Below, in pieces: positions 35,121-45,154 of a DNA stretch of 64,000 nucleotides (within the stretch, counting starts at the first letter, position 1; each line of letters begins with the position of its first letter). Made by a program: the position numbers and the translations under genes. A model generated the notes under the pieces. The model searched no databases. It was not told where the DNA came from and worked only from the letters and a program-made list of their open reading frames with translations. The stretch is from Candidatus Eiseniibacteriota bacterium (GTDB taxonomy: Bacteria > Eisenbacteria > RBG-16-71-46 > JABDJR01), in the NCBI GenBank assembly GCA_963783375.1, contig CAWANH010000028.1, forward strand, positions 960,001-1,024,000, in the 5' to 3' direction.

Positions 35121-36750
35121 ACTCCGCCCCCGATCCATCCTCCTGACCCTCCTCCTCCTCGGAGCGTTGATCTACGGTTTTCGGCCGGGGTTCCCGGACT
35201 TCTGGGGGAGCCACTGGGAGAGCCGGCGCGCGGGAATCGGCCGCGAGATGCTGGAAACCGGCGACTGGATGGTGCCGGTCGAGAACGGCCGGGTGGCCCT
35301 GGAGAAACCCCCTCTCTACTACTGGATGATCGCCGCGGCCATGGGGGTCACCGGCAATCACGCCGAGCTGGGGGCCCGGCTTCCATCGGTGGCGGCGGCG
35401 GTGGTCGGGTTGGCCGTGACCTGGCGCCTGGCCGTCCTTCTGGGAGGCGGCGGCTCCGGCCTCTTCGCGGTGCTTTTCCTCCTGGGAAATGTCGTCTACT
35501 TCGGCCACGCGCGCACCGCGGAGATGGACATGGTGCTTCTCGCCGTCGAGGGGGCGGCGGCCTGGGCGTTCCTGGAGGCGCGCGCGGGTAACGGGCGGCG
35601 ACTTCTCCCCCTGGTCGGCTGGGCCCTTCTGGCCGCGGGGTTCATGCTCAAGGGACCGGTGGGGATCGTGGTCCCGGTGGCCGTGCTCCTGGTCTTCCGC
35701 ATCGCCGGCCGGCGGGATTCCGGTCCGGCGGCCTCCGGGTGGGTGCGCCCCGGGCCGGGGTTCCTCCTGTTTCTTCTCCTCGCCCTTCCCTGGTACGCGT
35801 TCGTTCTCATTCGCTATTCCGACGCGCTCTCGATCTTCCTCCACCAGACCGTGGCCCGGATCGGAGAGCCCTACGATCATCAGGAACCCTTCTGGTACTA
35901 CCTGCCGGTTCTGGCGACGGCGTTCCTCCCCGGCGCCCTCTTCCTGCCGGTCTGGGCGCGGGAGGCCTGGGGACGGGGGGACGGGGATGCCCCGGAGGAG
36001 CCCCGTCGAAACCTCCGGCGGGTGGCGACGGCGGTTTTGGCCCTGGTCGTATTCTTCTCCCTCTCCGGCTCCAAGCGGGTGTATTACGTCCTTCCCCTCT
36101 GGCCGCTCCTGGCGGTGGGGGCGGGAATCGCGGTGGACCGTGCGTGGCGGGCCGGGCGCGTCCGGTGGATGGTCGCCCCGACCGCGGCGCTGACCGGGAT
36201 CCTTGCCGTGGCCGCGGTGGCGGCGGGCCTGGTCCCGGAGCTGGGCGGCCCGCCGTTCTTCGCGCGGACGGGCTTCGCCTTCGGGATGCTGGCGGTCATG
36301 GCCCTGGCCGGGGCCTGGGGGTTTCGCCTGGCGCTCCGTGGCCGTTGGATCCGAGGCCTCGCCTACGCGACCGCGGTACTCATCCTCGGAAATCTCTTCG
36401 TGGTGCAGGCGGTCGGCCCGGTGTCCAACGCCTATCGTTCCCGCGCCGACTTCGCGCGCGGGGTGGACGTCCGGGTGCGAATGGGGGAACCGCTCTTCAT
36501 CTACCGGAGCACCAACCTGGCTCTTCCGTTCTACGCCCATCGCGTGATGCCCTTCCTCCACGATCGCCGCGACCTGGAAGCGGTGCTGGACATCCAGCCC
36601 GCCATCGACCTCGTTCTCGATCCGAGGCAGATGAAGAGCCTCGTGGAGGACGGGTTCCGGGTGGATCCGCTCTACCAGGAATCCTGGTCTCCGCCGGGCC
36701 GACCGCGGGATGTCCGTTCCCTCATCCTGGCCCGGGTGGCGCGCGGATGA
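35113..36750 (+). CDS. ArnT/GT83-family lipid-linked glycosyltransferase
   Basis: ESR...REM..TGDW.VP..NG...EKPPLYYW, ARLPS, KGPVG, H.EPFWYY, SKR.YY.LP. Confidence 0.88.
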   Translation: MPELRPRSILLTLLLLGALIYGFRPGFPDFWGSHWESRRAGIGREMLETGDWMVPVENGRVALEKPPLYYWMIAAAMGVTGNHAELGARLPSVAAAVVGLAVTWRLAVLLGGGGSGLFAVLFLLGNVVYFGHARTAEMDMVLLAVEGAAAWAFLEARAGNGRRLLPLVGWALLAAGFMLKGPVGIVVPVAVLLVFRIAGRRDSGPAASGWVRPGPGFLLFLLLALPWYAFVLIRYSDALSIFLHQTVARIGEPYDHQEPFWYYLPVLATAFLPGALFLPVWAREAWGRGDGDAPEEPRRNLRRVATAVLALVVFFSLSGSKRVYYVLPLWPLLAVGAGIAVDRAWRAGRVRWMVAPTAALTGILAVAAVAAGLVPELGGPPFFARTGFAFGMLAVMALAGAWGFRLALRGRWIRGLAYATAVLILGNLFVVQAVGPVSNAYRSRADFARGVDVRVRMGEPLFIYRSTNLALPFYAHRVMPFLHDRRDLEAVLDIQPAIDLVLDPRQMKSLVEDGFRVDPLYQESWSPPGRPRDVRSLILARVARG

Positions 36751-36996
36751 AGGCGGCTCGCCGCCCGCGCCGCCGGTTCTGAAAAGCCGACCGGCCCCCT
36801 CACTTTTCTGGAATCCGCCACCGGCTGGGGGGTATTACCCATTGAACGGTTTGAGGCCGGACGGCGACTTCGAAGTCCACGGCCCCCCACGTTCGGGGTC
36901 GTCGCCCGGCGTTTTTTGGCGGAGACGGGAATCGAGGCGCCAGGATGGAGCCGGACGGCTTTTCCGGCTCGCTCCCGGTTCACTCGCGGCTCCGCA

Positions 36997-37078
36997 AGAG
37001 AAAAGCCCGAGGACTCTTAGCCGAACAGCTCTTTCCGTCCGGGGTGGTTCGGGTCAGGGTTCCTCGGGCTCTTTCTTT
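36997..37078. ncRNA. Long imperfect hairpin in a 690-nt intergenic region (candidate structured RNA or terminator)
   Basis: AGCCCGAGGA pairs with TCCTCGGGCT; CCGAAC pairs with GTTCGG; pyrimidine tract follows on either strand. Confidence 0.35.
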
Positions 37079-37162
37079 CCCCCCCGAGGCTCCTCCTCCT
37101 CTCCCACGTTCGGCGCGCGCACTTCCTCCGCAACCTCCCTCTTGGCATTGAACCCCGATGAT

Positions 37163-37179
37163 CTGGCCCTTCGCTTGCA
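37163..37179 (+). promoter_or_regulatory. Sigma54 (-24/-12) promoter upstream of the M6 protease
   Basis: CTGGCCCTTCGCTTGCA: GG-N10-GC, one mismatch to TGGCAC-N5-TTGC. Confidence 0.55.
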
Positions 37180-37437
37180 TAAGAGGGCGGGCAACGGCTG
37201 AACGGACCTGTCTCCCGCCCCGAAACCCGTTGTCCGGCATCATCTCCGGACGCGCAAGGGGGAGATCCGTGCCGGGAGGGATGCACGGGGATGCGGCAGC
37301 ATGCACGATCGGGAGATTCTCCAGAACGCATCGACTGGATCCGGTATAATTGGAGCGCACTTCGAGCTCTCGGGGGGTCGCCCCGTCACGAGCATCAGGA
37401 TCTGCATCCCAGGGTCATCGCCCGAAAGGACACTGCC

Positions 37438-40400
37438 ATGTCCCCCCGTCCGAGCGGAGCTGTGTCTTCCCCGCGATTCGGTCTACTCGTTTCCCCCCTG
37501 CTCGTGCCCCTCGCGGTTCTCGTCCTGCTCGGGGGCGTGGCGCGGGAGGTGGCGTCCCAGCCGGCTCCGCCGCATCCCGGGGTGCCGCTCCCGCCCGGCT
37601 ACTACGACCGCCTTGCCACGGATCGGGACGCCTTCCAGTTCAAGCACGCCTGGATCGCCCAGACCAAGCGCGTCCAGGAAAACCGCCGGCTCCTGGAGCT
37701 GGGGCTCATCTCCGGGGTGACCGAGGCGGCGGTCGGCGGCTTCCGGGTCGAGGGCACCCGAAGGGTCCCGGTTCTGGCCGGGAAGTTCTCCAACACCGGC
37801 AGCGACCCCTACAGCCCGGCCCAGCTCCAGCAGCAGCTCTTCGACGGCCCCAACCCCACCGGCACCATCACCGACTACTACACCGACATCTCGCGGGGGT
37901 ACCTGACCCTCACCGGGACGGTGTACGGCGCCCAGGGCGGCGGCCTCTTCCAGGTCTCCCAGGCCGACACCTATTACGAGGGACCGTCGGGGTGCAACGG
38001 TCTCTGCGCCAGCGCCAAGACCGGCGAGTACCTGAAGGAGCTTCTGGACGGCTCCGACTCCTGGGTCGATTTCTCCCAGTTCGACAACGACGGCCCCGAC
38101 GGGGTTCCCAATTCCGGCGACGACGACGGGTACGTGGACTTCGTCGCCTTCGTCCAGCCGGAGCGGGGCGGGGAGTGCGGGACCAACAACCTCTGGTCCC
38201 ATCGCTGGGTCTACGAGGGCTGGTGGGGCGCTCCGTACACCACCAACGACCCGGCGGCGGGTGGGGGCTTCATCAAGGTCAGCGACTACACCATCCAGCC
38301 CCTGGTGAGCTGCAACGGGAGCAGCCTGATCGAGATCGGGGTCTACACCCACGAGTTCGGCCACGCCTTCGGGCTTCCCGATCTCTACGACACCGACGGC
38401 AGCTCGGAGGGAATCGGGAACTGGGGCCTCATGGCCGCCGGCTCCTACGGGGGCGACGGCGCCCATCCCGCCACCCCGTCCCACATGTGCGCCTGGAGCA
38501 AGGAGCAGCTGGGATGGGTGGACCCGGTGGTTCTGTGCGACGACCAGACCGGATACCCCCTCTCCGCGGTGGAAACCGGCGGCGACGTGCTCAAGGTCTA
38601 TCCCCACGGGTTCCTGTCCAGCGAGTACTTCCTGGTCGAGAACCGGGTAAAGACCGGGTACGACACCTACCTCCCGGTCAGCGGGATCGCGGTCTGGCAC
38701 ATCGACAACGCGGTCTCCGGCAACACCAACGAGGCCCACAAGCTGGTGGATCTCGAGGAAGCGGACGGTTTGAACCAGCTCGACGCCGGTAACAACCGCG
38801 GGGATGCGGGGGACCTCTTCCCCGGCTCCACCAGCAAACAGCTCTTCAGCGACGCCACCAACCCCAACGCCAAGGACTACGCGGGAACCAACACCGGGTT
38901 CTCGGTGGGAACCTTCGGCGTCGCCTCGAACCCGCGCACCATGAACGTGACCGTCACTCCCTGCCAGCTGGCGGTGGGCGACGTCCAGGTGGACGACGCC
39001 TCGCTCGGCAACAACAACCAAACCCTGGACGGGAACGAGCGTGCCGCGCTCCACCTCGCCCTCCGGAACGACTTCGCCGACGACAAGACCGGGGTGGCGG
39101 GGGTGCTCACGAGCCTCACCGCCGGGGTCGACGTGCTCCAGGACAGCGTTTACTTCGGGACGGTGACCGGCGGGGCGCTGAACTACGGGTCATCCGACTT
39201 CGAGATCGAGGCCACCGGGCCGCTGGCCGACGGCGCCGCGGTGAGCTTCCAGCTTGCCCTCACCGGGGACAACGGGTACGCGTCCACCGCGTCGGTCCTG
39301 CTCCACGCCGGAAACTACGTGCTCCTGGTGGCGGACGACGCCGGCGCGGGCAACCAGGCCCTGTTCGAGAACGCCATCACCGGGGCGGGCCGGGCCTACG
39401 TGCTTCATGACGCGTCCGTCGACGGCCCCCCCACCCTCGGGAAGATGCAGGGGGCGCGGGCCGTGGTCTGGTACACCGGGGTGGAGTACGACAACACCTT
39501 CACCGCCGGCGAGCAGGCGGTGGTGGAAGCGTACCTCGACGGGGGGGGATCCCTCCTCGTGACCGGCCAGGACATCGGCTACGACCTGGTGGATCAGGGG
39601 AGCGCCGCCGACCAGACCTTCTACACCGGCTATCTCCACGCCAACTTCGTCTCCGACAGCTCCAGCGACAACACCCTGACCGGAACCAGCGGGGATCCGA
39701 TCGGAAACGGCATCTCGTTGAACCTGGCCGCGGGGGACGGGGCCGACAACTCGACCTATCCGTCGGTGGTAACCCCGGCGTCGGGGGCGTCGACGGTGTT
39801 CCTGTACTCCGTGGCCAAGCGCGGGGCGGTCCGCTACAGCACCGGCCACAAGCTGGTGTACTTCGCCTTCAACTTCGAGGCCATCAACGCCGCGGCCACC
39901 CGCACGTTGACCATGCAGCGGGTGCTGGACTGGCTCTATCCCTCCGACATAACCCCGCCGACGGCGACGCTCACCGCTCCCAACGGGGGCGAGGTGCTGG
40001 AATCCTGCGGAACGAGCCCCATCACCTGGAGCGCAAGCGACGCCAACGGGGTGACCGGGGTGGACCTGTACTGGACCGACGATCCCACCTTCGCCGTCTG
40101 GCAGACCATCGCCATCGGTCTCTCCAACACCGGGAGCCATGACTGGGTCCGAAGCGGCCTCGCCGCGGACAGCGTCTGGGTGAAGGTGATCGCCCGCGAT
40201 CCCTCCGATCTCCAGGGGGTGGACGTGAGCGACGCCGCGTTCTCGGTGGCGCCCACCACGCCCCCCGTGGCCCAGGTGACCGCGCCCAACGGCGGCCAGA
40301 CCTTCGGCTACGCGGACCCGGTCACCGTGACCTGGACCATGGCCGACACCTGCGTGGGGGTGGACTCGACCCGCGTGTTCTGGTCCCCGGACGGAGGCGG

Positions 40401-41475
40401 GAGCTGGGCCTACGTGGCCACCGTTCCGGCTCCGGACACGAGCTACGCCTGGACGACTCCCTCCGCCCCCACCGACTCCGGGCTGGTCCGGGTGGACGTG
40501 GTGAACGCGGCCGGTCTGGTGGGGAGCGACGCTTCCGACGCGCTCTTCTCGGTGGCGGACTCGGCGCCCCCCACGGTGACCCTGCTGGCCCCGAACGGGG
40601 GCGAGATCTACGGCACCGGCAACCCGGTCGTGGTGAGCTGGAATGCGACCGACGACGTGGGGATCGACCACCTCGATCTCTACTACTCGTCGGACGGCGG
40701 CGGTTCGTGGTCGGTGATCGATACCCTGGTGGCCGACACCTCGGCGGTGTGGGTCACCCCCGATCTTCCCTCGGTCCTCTACCTGGTCCGGGCGGTCGCC
40801 TTCGATGCCCAGGCGAACGGCGCCGCCGATACCTCGGACGCGGCGTTCGCGGTGGGGGACGACGATCAGCCCGCGGTGGCGATCTCCTATCCGGTGGGCG
40901 GCGAGCTGGTGAACGCCGGCGACGTGCTGAACATCCAGGCCGCGGTGGGGGACAACGTGGGGGTGGACTCGGTCTGCGTCTCCTACACCCTCGACGACGG
41001 CGGGAGCTGGACCCCGATCGCCTGCGGCGCGGTCGGCTTCCCCTATCCCTGGGCCACCCCGGCCACGGCCGGCGATTCCTGCCGGGTGCGGGTCGAGGCC
41101 TGGGACGCGGCCGGAAACACCGCCTCGGCCATGAGCGACAGCACCTTCTCCCTGATCGCGAGCACCGCCGTTCCGGGCGCGTTCGCGGGGATCACCCACC
41201 CGGTGCTGCTCCAGAGCCGCCCGAATCCCATGGGCGCGACGGGCGCGACCTTCGCGTTCTACCTCCCCGCCGATTCCCCGGTCACCCTCACGATCTACGA
41301 CATCTCCGGGAAGCGGGTGAAGACGGTGGCCTCGGGAAGCCTCTCCGGCGGCTACCACGAGATCCTCTGGGACGGCGGCTCGGACACCGGCGCCGCGGTG
41401 AGCCATGGGATCTACTTCTACGTGCTCCGGACCCCGGACCGGCGGGAGGTGCGGAAGCTGGTGAAGCTGGAGTAG
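37438..41475 (+). CDS. Secreted M6-family (immune inhibitor A-like) metalloprotease with Ig-like repeats and C-terminal FlgD-Ig
   Basis: HEFGHAFGLPDLYD, GLMAAGS, EYFLVENR, WHID; four (A/Y)P(N/V)GG(E/Q) Ig repeats; PNP...WDG.SD.G..VSHGIYFY. Confidence 0.9.
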   Translation: MSPRPSGAVSSPRFGLLVSPLLVPLAVLVLLGGVAREVASQPAPPHPGVPLPPGYYDRLATDRDAFQFKHAWIAQTKRVQENRRLLELGLISGVTEAAVGGFRVEGTRRVPVLAGKFSNTGSDPYSPAQLQQQLFDGPNPTGTITDYYTDISRGYLTLTGTVYGAQGGGLFQVSQADTYYEGPSGCNGLCASAKTGEYLKELLDGSDSWVDFSQFDNDGPDGVPNSGDDDGYVDFVAFVQPERGGECGTNNLWSHRWVYEGWWGAPYTTNDPAAGGGFIKVSDYTIQPLVSCNGSSLIEIGVYTHEFGHAFGLPDLYDTDGSSEGIGNWGLMAAGSYGGDGAHPATPSHMCAWSKEQLGWVDPVVLCDDQTGYPLSAVETGGDVLKVYPHGFLSSEYFLVENRVKTGYDTYLPVSGIAVWHIDNAVSGNTNEAHKLVDLEEADGLNQLDAGNNRGDAGDLFPGSTSKQLFSDATNPNAKDYAGTNTGFSVGTFGVASNPRTMNVTVTPCQLAVGDVQVDDASLGNNNQTLDGNERAALHLALRNDFADDKTGVAGVLTSLTAGVDVLQDSVYFGTVTGGALNYGSSDFEIEATGPLADGAAVSFQLALTGDNGYASTASVLLHAGNYVLLVADDAGAGNQALFENAITGAGRAYVLHDASVDGPPTLGKMQGARAVVWYTGVEYDNTFTAGEQAVVEAYLDGGGSLLVTGQDIGYDLVDQGSAADQTFYTGYLHANFVSDSSSDNTLTGTSGDPIGNGISLNLAAGDGADNSTYPSVVTPASGASTVFLYSVAKRGAVRYSTGHKLVYFAFNFEAINAAATRTLTMQRVLDWLYPSDITPPTATLTAPNGGEVLESCGTSPITWSASDANGVTGVDLYWTDDPTFAVWQTIAIGLSNTGSHDWVRSGLAADSVWVKVIARDPSDLQGVDVSDAAFSVAPTTPPVAQVTAPNGGQTFGYADPVTVTWTMADTCVGVDSTRVFWSPDGGGSWAYVATVPAPDTSYAWTTPSAPTDSGLVRVDVVNAAGLVGSDASDALFSVADSAPPTVTLLAPNGGEIYGTGNPVVVSWNATDDVGIDHLDLYYSSDGGGSWSVIDTLVADTSAVWVTPDLPSVLYLVRAVAFDAQANGAADTSDAAFAVGDDDQPAVAISYPVGGELVNAGDVLNIQAAVGDNVGVDSVCVSYTLDDGGSWTPIACGAVGFPYPWATPATAGDSCRVRVEAWDAAGNTASAMSDSTFSLIASTAVPGAFAGITHPVLLQSRPNPMGATGATFAFYLPADSPVTLTIYDISGKRVKTVASGSLSGGYHEILWDGGSDTGAAVSHGIYFYVLRTPDRREVRKLVKLE

Positions 41476-41548
41476 AGTGGTCCCGAAGCCGGCGCCGGGT
41501 CTCCCCGGCGGCCGGCCACGAGGACTCCGGGCCGAGGGAGCCGCTCCG

Positions 41549-42082
41549 ATGAAGGGGATTGCGCTCAGCTTCGTATTGCTTCTGATCTTCCTGGCGGGGG
41601 AGGCGTCCGGGGCCCCGCCGGTCCCGTTCCGGCCCGCGGTCGCCGAGTCGCTGGCCGTGCCCGTTCCCCTCCGGGGGCTCCCGGTATTGGAGGCTCCGGA
41701 CACCGTGCGGGTCGAGGCCCGTCGCTCCGCCCCCGCCGGCCCGGCCGGCGAGGAGGGACGCCGCTCCCTCACCCGGCGCGACGTGAAGCTCATCTTCCCG
41801 GGTCTTGGTCCCGCCCCCTCCGCCGCCGACTCCCTCGCGCCGCGCACCGACCGCCTCCTCCCGCCCCCGGCCACGGTCCGTCTCTCCCGTTTCGGCACCG
41901 CGGCCTACGGCGCCGACCGGGGGGCCAACGCCGGGCTCTGGCTCGGCGGTCTGGGCCACATCCTGGGCTTCTGGAGCGAAGCGGACGCGCTTCGCATGAC
42001 CGCGGCGGGGGCGGTTCTGGGCGCCTTCTGGGGAGGAACCGCCGGCGCCGCCGACGACGGCTTCCGGATCCGCGTCCGCTGA
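41549..42082 (+). CDS. Hypothetical exported protein with C-terminal glycine-zipper-like segment
   Basis: GAGGGAG RBS; signal peptide; GAxxGAxxG and GAVLGAFWGG. Confidence 0.6.
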   Translation: MKGIALSFVLLLIFLAGEASGAPPVPFRPAVAESLAVPVPLRGLPVLEAPDTVRVEARRSAPAGPAGEEGRRSLTRRDVKLIFPGLGPAPSAADSLAPRTDRLLPPPATVRLSRFGTAAYGADRGANAGLWLGGLGHILGFWSEADALRMTAAGAVLGAFWGGTAGAADDGFRIRVR

Positions 42083-42163
42083 ACGGAGCCGGCGCCGGGC
42101 GGGCTTCGCGCCGGTCGCGGGAACCGGTTGCGCTTCTCCGAACCCCGGTGTTTTGATCCCCGC

Positions 42164-43375
42164 ATGCGCGCCTTCCTGGAACCCTACGTCCTTTCCGTCT
42201 CCGGTCGCGACCGCCCCGGTCTCCTGGCCGCCCTGGCCGGCTCGCTCGACCGGGCGGAGATCGAGATCGTGGACATCGAGCAGGCCACCCTCCAGGGCTT
42301 TCTCGCCCTATCCTTCCTGCTCGATCTGGGGGGGGATCCCCTCAAGTCCTCCCGGTTGGCTCGGGACGTGATCCCCGAGGCCTCGGCCCTGGGGTTGGCG
42401 GTGGATGCGCGGGGCATCGACGCCGACCAGGTCCGCCTGCTGAAGGAAACCGAGCGGATGGTGGCCACGGTGGTTTCGGAGCGCCCCTCCACCCGGCTGG
42501 TGGCCGAGGTGGCCTCGACCGCCGCCGTCCACCGGGCCAACATCGTTTCCATCCGTCGCCTGGCTGAAGAGGATCTCCGGGCGGGGGAGTTCGTGCTCGA
42601 CGTGACCTCGGTGGGCGATCCCGCCGCCCTTCGGGCCGATATGCTCGCCCTGGGGAATCGCCTGGCCGTGGACATCGCCCTGGCCGGCGAGGATGTCTTC
42701 CGCGCCACGAAGCGGGTGGTGGTGTTCGACATGGACTCGACCCTGGTGGCCGCGGAGGTGATCGATCTCCTGGCGGAGCGCGCCGGAAAAGCCGGTGAGG
42801 TCTCGCGCATCACCCACGAGGCCATGGAGGGGCGGATGGACTTCGAGGCGTCGCTCCGCCGACGGGTGGCGCTTCTGCGCGGGCTCCCGGAGAGCGTGCT
42901 CGAGGAGGTCGCCGCCTCGCTCCCCCTCACCCCCGGCGCCGCCGAAGCGACCGTGGTCCTCAAGCGCCTGGGCTTCCGGCTGGCCATTCTGAGCGGAGGT
43001 TTCACGTACTTCGCCGAAGCCCTTCGCGCGCGGCTCGGCTTCCATCACGCCTTCGCCAACACGTTGGTGGTCCGGGACGGCCTGGTCACCGGCGAACTCG
43101 AGGATCCGATCCTGGACGCGGCGGGGAAGGCGGTGCGGCTGGCCGAGATCGCCGCTCTGGAGGGCGTGCCCCTGGAGCAGGTGGTGGGGGTCGGAGACGG
43201 GGCCAACGACATCCCCATGCTCCAGGCGGCGGGGCTGGGGATCGCGTTCCGGGCCCACGAGATCACCCGCCGATCCGCCGATGGGGCCATTCAGAGAAAC
43301 GACTTCACCGGCCTGCTCCATTTCCTGGGGGTGACCGGGCGCGACCTCGCGCGGGTTCGCGACCGGGCCCGGTAG
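42164..43375 (+). CDS. serB: Phosphoserine phosphatase with tandem ACT domains
   Basis: GRDRPG ACT start; FDMDSTL, EVID.LA, SGGF, GDGANDIPML. Confidence 0.93.
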   Translation: MRAFLEPYVLSVSGRDRPGLLAALAGSLDRAEIEIVDIEQATLQGFLALSFLLDLGGDPLKSSRLARDVIPEASALGLAVDARGIDADQVRLLKETERMVATVVSERPSTRLVAEVASTAAVHRANIVSIRRLAEEDLRAGEFVLDVTSVGDPAALRADMLALGNRLAVDIALAGEDVFRATKRVVVFDMDSTLVAAEVIDLLAERAGKAGEVSRITHEAMEGRMDFEASLRRRVALLRGLPESVLEEVAASLPLTPGAAEATVVLKRLGFRLAILSGGFTYFAEALRARLGFHHAFANTLVVRDGLVTGELEDPILDAAGKAVRLAEIAALEGVPLEQVVGVGDGANDIPMLQAAGLGIAFRAHEITRRSADGAIQRNDFTGLLHFLGVTGRDLARVRDRAR

Positions 43376-43434
43376 GTCACCCGAACCGGGAACCGCCGGG
43401 GCGGCCGGCATTCCAAGCTCGAACGGAGGACGAC

Positions 43435-44226
43435 ATGGATCTCGGAGTGAACGGAAGGACCGCGCTGGTGGCCGGCGCGTCGATGGGCTTGGGGTACGCG
43501 GTGGCCACCGCCCTCGCCGCCGAGGGCGCGCGGGTGGTGATGGCCTCCCGGGACCGGGAGCGCATCACCGAGGCCGCCGGCCGCGTCCATCGGGAGACCG
43601 GAGGTGAGACCCACGCCGTCGTGCTCGACGTCCGCGATCCGGACGCCGGGGGGCGGTTCGTGGAGGCCGCCCGAGAGGCCTTCGGTCCCCCCGCGATCCT
43701 GATCACCAACGCCGGGGGTCCGCCACCCGGCCCATTCGAGCGCTTCGACGTCCAGGACCTCGAGGAGGCGATCCAGCTCAGCTTCATGAGCGCGGTGCGT
43801 CTCACCAAGGCGGCGCTCCCCTCGATGAAGGAAGCGGGTTGGGGGAGGATCGTCCACATCACCTCCAGCACCGTTCCCGAACCCTCGGTCGGGCTCTTTC
43901 TCTCCTCCTCGGTCCGCCCGGCGGTGGCCGGCTTTTCGAAGGCCCTGGCCGCAGAGGTCGCGCCCCACGGCATCACCGTGAACATCGTCTGCCCGGGCCT
44001 GATCGCCACCCAGCGGCTCGGGGAACTGGCCCGCTACCGGGCCGGCGAGACCGGCCGGAGCCCGGAGGAGGAACTGGAGGCCATGGGAGGGCTGGTCCCG
44101 TCCGGCCGGCTGGGCCGCCCCGAGGAGCTGGGAGCGGCGGTGGCCTTCCTTTGCTCGGAGCCCGCGGCCTACATCACCGGGACCGCGCTAAGAGTGGATG
44201 GGGGAAAGGTGTCCTTTATCCTCTAA
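43435..44226 (+). CDS. SDR-family oxidoreductase (atypical, no YxxxK)
   Basis: GASMGLG, TNAGGPPPG, SSSVR in place of YxxxK, YITG..LRVDGG. Confidence 0.88.
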   Translation: MDLGVNGRTALVAGASMGLGYAVATALAAEGARVVMASRDRERITEAAGRVHRETGGETHAVVLDVRDPDAGGRFVEAAREAFGPPAILITNAGGPPPGPFERFDVQDLEEAIQLSFMSAVRLTKAALPSMKEAGWGRIVHITSSTVPEPSVGLFLSSSVRPAVAGFSKALAAEVAPHGITVNIVCPGLIATQRLGELARYRAGETGRSPEEELEAMGGLVPSGRLGRPEELGAAVAFLCSEPAAYITGTALRVDGGKVSFIL

Positions 44227-44469
44227 TCCATTGCCGGCCAGGGCGTTACCACCTTCTTCCTCCGGTCGGGCCCGCCGGGGTCTCGATATTTCAGGGAATA
44301 CTCGAACTGATTGAAGTGTAAAGGGATTCAAGGGCCGGCCGGAAAACCCGACAACTTTACTTGGGTATCCCGCGTCCGGTGCCCTATACTGGGTCCAGAC
44401 CCGTCCCAGGGGGTCGAACGCCTGCACAATCCATTCGGTGTCCCTTCCCGCTCCCCGAGGAGGATCTCC

Positions 44470-45129
44470 ATGCGCGTCTTTCGTTTGCTCTTCGCCCTCG
44501 GCCTGACCGTCGCCCTGGCCGGCGCGGTCTATGCCGGCTCCAACTGCGACAAGAATTCCGCCTCCGCGTCTTCGTGTACCGGCAAGGCCTCGATCCAGAA
44601 GGCCTCGGCCGAAGGATCCGGATGTTCCGCGGCTCAGGCCGCCACCTGCACCGCGGCCAAGGCCGCGACCTGCACCGCCGCCGAAAAGGCGGCCTGCGCC
44701 GGGCAGGGCTCCTGCAGCGCTCACGCCGACCACGCCTCGGCCTGCCCCTTCTGCGCCTTCACCAAGGAACTCGGCGCCAGCGCCGACAAGGTCAGCTTCA
44801 CCACCGTCGACACCAGGAACGGGGTCAGGGTGGTCTTCACCGCTACGGACAGGAACGACGTGGTCATGGCCCAGGCGGTGGCGTCCAAGGCCTATGCCCT
44901 GATGAATGCCCCGGCCCACTGCTCCTACTCGCGGGCCAACATGGAGTCCGAGGCCTGCAACGGCTGCAAGGAGGGCGTCGACGCCTTCGCCGGCGCCGAG
45001 GTGACCCTAGAGAACACCAACGACGGCGCCACGGCCGTGGTGGTCACCAAGGACGAGCAGAATATCGAGAAGCTCCAGGCGTTCTTCAAGAACCTCGAGA
45101 GCAAGGAGAAGGAAGCGGCCAAGGGCTGA
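44470..45129 (+). CDS. Exported Cys-rich protein with two CxxC-led internal repeats
   Basis: GAGGAGG RBS; signal peptide; 12 Cys; CPFC and CNGC each precede a beta-beta-alpha repeat. Confidence 0.75.
   Translation: MRVFRLLFALGLTVALAGAVYAGSNCDKNSASASSCTGKASIQKASAEGSGCSAAQAATCTAAKAATCTAAEKAACAGQGSCSAHADHASACPFCAFTKELGASADKVSFTTVDTRNGVRVVFTATDRNDVVMAQAVASKAYALMNAPAHCSYSRANMESEACNGCKEGVDAFAGAEVTLENTNDGATAVVVTKDEQNIEKLQAFFKNLESKEKEAAKG
44635..44700 (+). repeat. Coding tandem repeat, 24-nt unit (AATCTAAK-like, about 2.5 copies)
   Basis: gccgccacctgcaccgcggccaag / gccgcgacctgcaccgccgccgaa. Confidence 0.7.
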
Positions 45130-45154
45130 TCCTCTCCCGACCGATGCGGAAACG

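Noticed and set aside
36980-37360. Small minus-strand ORFs, or a known riboswitch, SRP or tRNA, in the large intergenic region
   Set aside because: No coding bias or RBS; the c-di-GMP-I, SRP (GGAAGGAAGCAG) and T-loop signatures are absent; kept only as an unclassified hairpin
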